DNA of 64,000 nt from the human T2T-CHM13v2.0 reference genome, Homo sapiens: NCBI RefSeq assembly GCF_009914755.1, contig NC_060939.1; one strand, given 5' to 3'. How positions within the stretch are numbered: position 1 is the first letter of the stretch; the number at the start of each line of letters is the position of its first letter. The notes under the pieces were generated by a model that made no database searches, was not told the DNA's origin, and saw nothing but the letters and a program-made list of their open reading frames with translations. A program made the position numbers and the translations under genes. Positions 54,851 to 64,000 of the stretch are shown piece by piece.

Positions 54851-55688
54851 CTCTAACTATGGAGACCAACCTGACATGGCCAAAGGTCTACACAATAGGA
54901 GATAAGAGGAAAATATCCTCATAGATAGTTAGACATATTGGGAGTTAAAGACATCCGGTATTATTACTTATTTTCTGACTGATGTTAAGTCTTTTGTTTA
55001 GTTAAAAATTTCCCTCCAAATCATTTCTCTAACTGTGGGAACCAACTTGACATGGCAAAAGGGTTGGACCACAAGAGATAAAAAGAAAAAATCTTCATAG
55101 ATAAAGATATTGGGAGAGAAAGCAAACAGACAGAATATGTGAAAATATTTACTAAGATATGTACTAAAATGTTACTGTAATTCTGATTCACGTTCATTCT
55201 GGAAACAATGAAGGCAAAAAAATGTCAATAAAATACCAACTATTATTTGGAGGCAAAAAGTAACAATTCAAACGGTATTTGAAAGAAAAAATGATACTGC
55301 TGTGGCAAGAAAAACCAAGAGGAAGGATAATTTTTGATTTGGAAGTAGATGGCATCCTAGGTGGCAGCTCTACTAAACCAGAGACAGAGCCAGTAAAAGA
55401 AATCCGCCCAGGATTCTAATGCTAGACAGATAAGTACACACTTGCAGCCGTATCTGAAGACGGGGTACAACATGCCACACTTTGAACTTCATCACCACCT
55501 ATTCCCCAAAACTGAAGGGATATTTGAAATGCTAAGCAATTTACCCTGTATATCAAGGATTACTATCCTACTCAAACTATATATGCCAAAAACATTGACA
55601 CATGGCCCAGTCAATGCAAACAACCTATTACTTTCTGACTGACATGTTAACTCTTTTGCTTAGTTAAAAATTTCCCTCGAAATCATTT
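54851..55688. repeat. Diverged local duplication A-B-A'-C-B'
   Basis: A 54851-54950 ~ A' 55027-55122; B 54962-55026 ~ B' 55626-55688. Confidence 0.88.
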
Positions 55689-56469
55689 TAACGATTATGC
55701 TTCTGACTCCTCACACGTGAAAGGAAGAGTATTCACAATTCCATGATTACTTTTCCAAGTCAAATTTTTAGCAATTTATTCTAGATTCAAAAAAATAATT
55801 GCTATTTTCGTTCTGTCTCTTCTCAGGGAGAAAAAAAAACACACACACCTTCAAGGGCTGCCATGCCTTCCTCTCATGATGTAGCTGGGAAATGTACAAC
55901 TCAGGGCTGCTAATGCATGGAATAAATGGACAGTCTTGCTAACTCCTATTATCATCATTGTGTCTAGAGTCTATGTCAGTTCAAAACTAAAATGTCCTCC
56001 TTTGCATCCACAGCACTTTAAATAACCCAACAGCATCTGCATTTATATAATGCCCATCTGCAGGATATGATATCATCTTGACAAATATTCCATATTTCTA
56101 TCTTTTCTGTGTGTGTATGGCTCAGAAAAACTGAAGGGTTACACAAGAAGAACTTTTTTGGGTTTTATGCATGTCCAAAAGTTGTAGTCCTCACTGATAG
56201 TAAAGGTCATGTAACTTGGAGAAAACATGGGCAAAAATGGATCCATGTAGATCAGAAATGATTAGTCAGCTCCATTTTCTTTCCTACCACACCATTTTAC
56301 ATCATTAATTTGAAATGCAAGGGACTGGAAAGAATTGACTTCTATTTAATGAGGTTTGATTTATTCAACCTTGTGTTATTAGTGAAAATAGAATAACTTG
56401 TTAGCTGGAAAATACATTTAAAATAATGCACTTCTCTGAATAAATTATCAGATTGATGAGTATATAACA

Positions 56470-56665
56470 ATAATATTGAGATCACTTTACATTTGCACAT
56501 AATGTGGCAGTTTAGAAAGCACATTCATAAGCATCACTTTGCTCAATCTTCATAATCCTCTGGGTATTATTGTTCATATTTTATCGATGGGATCCCACAA
56601 CTCAGAGAGGTTAAGTGACAGCTAATAAGGGAATAGCAAGGTTTAGTCTCTGGTATTCTGTCTCC
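56470..56665 (-). mobile_element. MIR
   Basis: 'aatcttcataa...ctcagagaggttaagtgac'. Confidence 0.7.
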
Positions 56666-56699
56666 CCACACCCTTTTCAGCAGTCACTTTTACCAGAAA

Positions 56700-57295
56700 T
56701 AACCAAACAAAAAGATGGCCCTCATTATCTTTTGCCTATGCTTTTTCAATGGCTTTTTATCTATTATCTCTGGCACCAATCTTCCCTACCACCCTCTCTT
56801 ATTCTCAGAAGCAATTCACATCAGCACTTTCCTGATGGACCCTTCTGAAAATGTCTTTGCCTACAAGTTAAATTTAACTATTACTTTGTCATCCAGTGTC
56901 CTTCACAATCAGACTTCAATCTGGCCTCACCCTAGTTCTTCATTCTCCGGTTCCTGCCTTGCAGCCTACGTTACAGCCACACTGACCTCATGATTCCCTC
57001 AGTCTACTGTGCTATTCCACCTCTTGTGTCTTTGTACCTGTTATTTCTTTCCCTTAGGATGCCTTTCCTTGATCCTCTACCTAGTAAATTTCTACTTATA
57101 ACTTGAGAATCAGCTCAAAAGTAACCTCCCCTATGAAGCCTTTCTCTTCTTTCTTAGGACTCACATGCACTCAATGAATGTTTATACATCATGAAGTTGA
57201 AATCTTGTGAGTGAGCTTTCTAAAAGTAGGGACCACATCCTATTGATCTTTACATTCCCAGTGTCTAGTGTCAGGTCTGAACATTCAATAACTGA
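56700..57295 (+). mobile_element. L2 3' region
   Basis: 'cagccacactgacct', 'tcagctcaaaagtaacctcccctatgaagccttt', 'gtagggacca...attcccagtgtctag'. Confidence 0.7.
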
Positions 57296-57364
57296 CTATA
57301 ATATTAATAGAGCATCAGTGATTTCTTTAATAGTGTGAAAATATCTATAACTATTAGATATCAA

Positions 57365-57893
57365 ACTCTTTTGCAGCCATTTCACTTCTAGGTATATATC
57401 CCCCCAAATTGAAAGCAAGGTCTCAGATATATACAGCACATGGCAAATGCTGATGTTCATGGCAGCATTATTCACAATAGCTGAAAGGTGAAAGCAACCT
57501 AAGTGTCTATCAATGGACGAATGGATAAGCAAAATGTTTATCCTACAATGGAATATTATTCAGTCTTGAAAAGGAAGGGTTTTCCAACACATGCTACAAT
57601 ATGGATAAAGCTTTAGGATATTATGCTAAGTGAAATAAGCCAGTCACAAAATGACAAATACTGCATGATTCCACTTATGAGGCATCTACAGTAGTCAAGC
57701 TCAAGGAAACAGTAAAATAGGAATTACCAGGGATTGGGGGAAGGAAGAAGGGGGAGCTTTTAATGGGTACGGAGTTTCAGTTTTGCAAAATAGAAGAGTT
57801 CTGGAGATAGTAGCACAACAAAGTGAATATACTTAACACTACTGAACTGTACACTGAAAAATGGCTAAAATGGTAAATTTTATGTTATTTGTA
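57365..57893 (+). mobile_element. L1MA9/L1MB-like 3' end
   Basis: 'gcagcattattcacaatagc', 'ctaagtgaaataagccagtcaca', 'ctactgaactgtacact...aaaatggtaaattttatgttat'. Confidence 0.85.
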
Positions 57894-58275
57894 TCCAGAA
57901 AGAGAAATGTTACATACTCTCACTCATACGAGGGAGCTAAAAAAAAATTGATCTCATGGAGGTAGTGAATAGAATGGTGGTTATTGGAGGCTGGGGAGGG
58001 CAGTGGGGAGACGGTATGAAGAGAGAATGGTTAATAAATAGGTATAAAAATACAGTTAGAAGGAGTAAGGTCTAGTGTTTAATAGCACACTAATGTGACC
58101 ATAGCTAACAATGTTTTATGGTATATTTTGAAATAGCTAGAAGATTTGGAATTTTCTCAACACAAATAATAAAGAGGTTTTACTCAGATTGGATCATTAT
58201 ACATTATATACTTATATCAAAATATCACATATACATTTGTACAACTATTTTGTAGTGATAAAAATTTTAAAAAAT
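57894..58275 (+). mobile_element. L1MA4/5-like 3' end
   Basis: 'ctcactcatacgagggagctaaaaaa...gatctcatggaggtag...atagctag...tatcaaaatatcaca'. Confidence 0.8.
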
Positions 58276-58613
58276 ATTAGGTTAAATGTCTCTTTTAGTG
58301 ACATTGACTTCTTAAATGAATGAACTAAGGAAATTGTTTTGAACTTTAAAGTATGTGTGTGTGTCGTAAAGATAAGGAAATAGAGTAGGCAAGAAACAAA
58401 AGAGAAATATATTTCTGCTCTCGAGCTGGTTTTCTAATTGGGGAGATAGACATCAGATATATAAAATGATATGATTTCAAAACAATAAATCTCTGTAAAA
58501 ATACTTTAATCATTACTCAAGTCCTGAGGTAAGATTGAAATTGGCATTAAATAGAATTAATCTTGGAGCTCTTCCAGGAGGAGGTAGATAGGTAGCCTGG
58601 TTTTAATGCTTTA

Positions 58614-58971
<358 letters not shown>

Positions 58972-59009
58972 TTATTTAATTCTATGATAGTTATATAAAA
59001 TAACTTCCA

Positions 59010-59160
59010 TTGTAGCCTTTCTTTTATTTGAGTAAACGAAGGCACAGAGAGGTTAGGTTACGTATCCAAAGAGAATATGTGGGTAGATAGCAGAGTGAGG
59101 TTTTAAACCGCAGCCCCCTGGCTTCAATATCCATGTAACTGCCCAATAAACTGTGCTCCG
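59010..59160 (-). mobile_element. MIR
   Basis: 'aaacgaaggcacagagaggttaggt'. Confidence 0.68.
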
Positions 59161-62100
59161 TTCTCTAGTCAGTTCCATCATGAAGCGCAGTTATCAGTGT
59201 CTCATTTCTTCATACCCTTCCCAAGCCCATTGATAATTTTCAGGAACATAACATGTTACTATAGGAGAGCTTGGGATCCAGCTGACTGAATGTTTACAGA
59301 TGACTTGATGAGGTAAAATAGATTTAAGCAACAATATGAGCAATTCAGTTTAGAGAAAAGTTTTTTCTGACATGGGTTCAGTCAATTTGACATAAAGATT
59401 GAGGTTAGGAAAACTATTTCTTTGGAAAACAGTCTCTGTCACCATGCTTTAGTGCCCTGACTCTATACGTCCATGGCTGTTCTTCACATAACTCTTTTAT
59501 GGGTTATCATTTCATGAAATTTCCTTTGCATGTCGCGCAGTATTTTCAAGTGTATCAGGCTGCAGACTGTTATCAGCATATCTGACCTTCAGTGGAATTT
59601 ACATTTTTAAATTTTTATTTTTTGCAATACTGGAACAGGATTGCAACAGAAGTGTTCAATTATTTTCAAAGAAAAATCATAAATTGTAAGTAGGGACTGG
59701 ATATGTATGATTGTGGTTGAAGGAGTGGTCAGAAAAAGCCAACTTTTCCATATTAAATCTATGTATTAATATTTATTATGGGAAAAGACACATCATGGTT
59801 TTGGATGCTGCTAACAGAAAAAGAGACTGTTAATCTACATTAATTTATTTAAAGTAGAGTCAAATAGTGAAAAGAACAAGAAGATGATTATTTAATCTTT
59901 ATTCTGATACAAGCTGGGACATGCTTTTTTATATTCAGGTTTCTTTTTTCTGTTTTAGCATCAAAGAAAACTGTATAATTTAGTAAGATTTTGTTAAGTA
60001 TTTGAAGACTATATTCAAATAAATAATCAGGTCATAAATACTTTGATAAAGAGTGAGAAACAAGAGTACACATGTTACTAGGCTTTAAGCTGAAAAGAAT
60101 CACTTACTATTTGAGCTTCACTAGTTATAAAGTAAGTATTTGGATTCAGATCAATGGGGACATGAAGACAAGGGGAAAAGAAACTTAATTCAATAACCTC
60201 AAAAACGTCTTTAGACAGCGGACTACTGACAAAATATTTCACCTCATTTAGTATAAATGAATTAGAGACATGTGGGTTGCCTTTTGCCCAGAATAGGCAG
60301 AGGCTTAAAATATAAGAGACATTAACTTTTGGCAAATCCTATTTGGTATTTTACTGAACCTAAATCATTTTTGCCAAAAGTTTACTTTTGTGGCTGAGTT
60401 TGGAGTAGAATGCAAAAATACAAAAAGAACACATTGACTTACATAGATGTATGGGGGTTTAAGCTGAAAAATGTATTGAGGTCAATGACAGTTTAAGATT
60501 CTTCTAGGAACAGACAGAATCATGCCAAAAGTAATGAATACTTCCATTGTCTTCTGGCTCCCATCTGAGTGGGCCAGAAAATTTCAAATTATGCCTTATA
60601 AAATGTAAAGACATGATGTAAGCCTGAGATGTAAATATGCTTCAGAAAACACCCCTTTTTAACAAAATGTGAATTTCAGGGCTCTGCCTTCAACTCTGAT
60701 CTGGCTACAGTTGTGACACATATGTGTCTCCTATGCAGGGTCAGCAAACAGCAGGTAGGCTGGTAGGCCATGTGTGTGTAATTGCTTGGCTCTTAATTGT
60801 GTTAATGTTAATGCAGCTGCCCTGACTCAGACTCTTCTCTATTATAGGTTTCTGTTAGAAAAATAGTTATTTTAACAATTTATTTACATTTCACTGTATT
60901 TTTTTTTAAAGCAGTAGAACTTCCTTTATTATTGTTGCTGTTTTATTTGGGCTGCTAAACAGGATCTGGGAAGACTTGAATTCTAAACACATCATAGTGG
61001 CAGACCAGTAGGGAGCCTATGATTATCTTGAGTTTTGTCTACCAATGTCATGGCAACTAGTTAAGTTGGAGTATGGGGAGTAGATAGGGAAGACCAGGTA
61101 GACTGTTAACTTGGTATCACGTAGAGCCCTTTGATTAGCAGATTCTCTTCTCATATATCCCCTGCCCCTCTCCTTAGTAAAGCATAACTACATACATACA
61201 TACATTTATATATAAATATATCAGCAAAACAAAGTAAAAATGTTTATGTATTATTAATATTGTCATCATGAAGATACCACATCAGGATGAGATATTGTGG
61301 AGGAGTAAACTTAAAATTTCTTATTATCGACAATATTTGTCATAAATTATTCTATTCATGGTTACTACATCAGTGGTATTACTATTCCCCCAAAATGATA
61401 AAGCAATTTACTAGTATTTCCTTGGAATTTTAAGATCAAAAGCTCTAGAGACGCATCTTTCTATTTTACCCGTGAAACTTAAGACAGCAAAAAGAATAAC
61501 GAAACCAAAGGGTGACAGGCAAAGTTGGAAGCCTCAATGACAACTTTTATAATTTTTAGTTATAGCTCAGGAGAGAGATGGAACTTCTGCAAGATGGTAT
61601 TTATAGATGAGAAGGCCAGGATATTTGTATTAGTAAGCTCAGAAAAGTATAGAAATATTCTAGAAGTCCCCTCTCTTCATCTGTCTGCTCATTACTTATT
61701 TTAGAAATAACAAATATCTATGATTTTGGCTGTGTAAATAAATGAGTAAGGGTTTGAAATCTTGTGATTCCAATATTTTTCACAATCCATTTGCACTATT
61801 TCAGGTAATTCCTTTCTTTATGTACAAGCAACCTCCACCACAGTGCCCTAAGGCACAATACGGTATAGCCATTCACACATGCACGGTCAACCTGGTTTCA
61901 GCCTATCAGAGCAAGATCAGGAAGGATTAGACAAATTTAGTTGTATACACTTACACAGGTTCAAAGCCAGTCTTATGCAGAGCTGGATAGGCAATTACCT
62001 ATATGATGACATTTTATGTTACTACAGGACATAATGTCCAGGAAACAAAGGAATAGGAATTCTGTTTTTTGGTTACTGCCTTGGTTGAACATTAAAATTA

Positions 62101-62384
62101 GCATTGTTCTGTGCACTACCTTTGTTAATAAAAGTCCTAAGGAAGTTGTAATCATGGACATGTAGGACATTTGGGAAGTTTTGTGTAATGCAATAACTGA
62201 ATGATTAGGGCAGGAGAAGGAATAATTACCAAATCCTTAATTTCTAGGCTGGTGGTAGCCTTGATTTTACTTTTTGCAATTATATGTTTCAGAGAACATT
62301 GTTTAAACCATAGTGTTCAGATTTCTGTATTAAGATAAAAAAAGGGAAATTACATCTAGATGAGAATTGTAAGTAAGCATTAAC

Positions 62385-62565
62385 TGTGAGTTATCATTTT
62401 CCTTACATTATCTCATTTGACTACTCAAACAATCTTACGAGATAGGTATTATCTCCATTGTTCAGATGAAAAGGTAGTCATAGAGATTAAATATTTATTA
62501 AAAGTCACACAACTAGTAAGCAGAAGTTGTGTGAACCTAGCTCTGTGGATGCAAAATAATGTACT
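62385..62565 (-). mobile_element. MIR
   Basis: 'tctcatttgact...gagataggtattatctccattgttcagatgaa...gtcacacaactagtaag'. Confidence 0.78.
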
Positions 62566-64000
62566 GCTTTGCAAGACCTGTAGCATAATTTACTTATGTT
62601 CTATATGTGGGTAAAATTGTTACATTATCACTGGTAAAATACAAAACCAAATATAAAGAATAATTGCATTTTGATTTTTGGACCTGCCAAGACATACATC
62701 CTCAAACTCTTTTGCATCAGAAATGCCTGGGAGAATTGTTTTGTTTGTTTTGTAATTAAAATGCACCCTATTGTCTCTTCTTCCTTGATGATTGCCAAAA
62801 ATTATAGTTTAAAAATACAACGAGGTGATATGAACATGTTTGAATGTTACCATTATATTTTTATTACACGTAAACAATACATTGTGTTTCCAAAATAATA
62901 TACTCTAGAAAGTAAACTTTTCTTTCTTCTTTCCCATAAGTGACATCCTTCTGATATGCAGAGACTTTTAACTTGGGTACCAAACCATAATGGTACAAAT
63001 AGAGGTATTTCAAGAAGTTGCTAAAATTGTTACATTGTAGAGCAGAATCTGATTTTGTGTACATGTTCCTACAGAAAATTCAGAACACATCTTAACCCCG
63101 TTATTCTTATTGTGTCACTTTAAAAGTTAGAGAATTGGTTTAGTAACAAACCTAGAAGTTTCCATCATATCCTCTTAAGCATCTGTGGTTCTTGCACTCA
63201 GCCATCTCAGCATGCTCATGCCAAAGCTCAAGACACGAGATCCTTCCAAATATGAAGAGTAAAATGAGGCTTATCACCTTCGTAAAGATTAATTATTTTT
63301 CAACCAATAAAACAGACTTTTTCTTTATCTAATGGGCTTCATCCATCATAGTACATGATAGATAGTTAATACTTTACTTTCAGGGAAACTGCAGCTTAGA
63401 GCAGTTTTACTAGTTCAGTTCAGACAGTGGTTTACCTCTAAACTTCTATAGCTAGGGCTAATAGTGTCTGATGAGCTCATCTGCCTGGAGAAAGAAAGAA
63501 CAGACATAAGAAAGTGCTACCCCAAATACTTAAAATTGCCTTGCTGTGGATTTGAAACAACACAGGTTGTAAAAGCACAAAGTGCCAGACAGCTTACATA
63601 CATCTTTTAGCACATTTCAAAGACAAAACAACATGTGCGGAATCAAAGGCAGGAAAATCATTATGTAAAATATCACCTTTCCCCAGTAAATGTTTTCTAT
63701 TGAACTGCTGAAAATTCTTCTCAGTAAGGAAGATAGAAAGCCAGGGCAACCCCTCTGCAGGCACAGCAGAGTGAGGTCCACCCAAAAATTCTCCACTGCC
63801 ATGGGCTGCAACCTTAAGACCCTGCATGACTTGTTAGAGATTTAGATTTATCTGGCTCTCTAGTGTCTTATTGCATAATTTCCATTACTTTATTACCCAC
63901 CATTCGCCCTTCAATAGTTCTTTTCATGTGTTTTTTGTTGTGGCTTTGCTTATGTGGGACAGTCCATGTTACAAGTTTTCTCTATTATTTATATATGAAA

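Noticed and set aside
55350-55370. CTCF-like TGGCATCCTAGGTGGCAGC
   Set aside because: Only the 3' half fits; the 5' CCAC core is mismatched or shifted.
60715-60728. 14-bp palindrome GACACATATGTGTC
   Set aside because: Several palindromes of this length are expected by chance in 64 kb, and there is no supporting context.

Overview
AT-rich, gene-poor primate genomic DNA, most likely catarrhine or human. AluY, THE1B, MER41A and L1PA elements fix the lineage, but the locus cannot be identified from sequence alone. No host protein-coding exon, RNA gene or CpG island is supportable. The only ORFs with recognisable protein homology are dead transposon remnants: L1 ORF2 reverse transcriptase at about 19.1-20.2 kb and Tigger1 DDE transposase at about 33.9-34.2 kb. 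Much of the window is interspersed repeat: old L1M, L2 and MIR fragments, eight dimeric Alus, one 5'-truncated AluY and a FLAM, MaLR/ERVL/ERV1 solo LTRs, and hAT and Tigger DNA transposons. The best structural observations are a twin-primed 5'-inverted L1PA, a full-length Tigger1 nested in L1 and carrying a FLAM, an L1M with both termini but no ORFs inside a MIR, a THE1B LTR with an intact DUX4 motif, an unexplained A-B-A'-C-B' local duplication at about 54.85-55.69 kb, several tandem duplications and a G20 run. I found no credible evidence of a novel biological system. Subfamily names come from recalled consensus sequences, not a database search, and the boundaries of old repeats are approximate.
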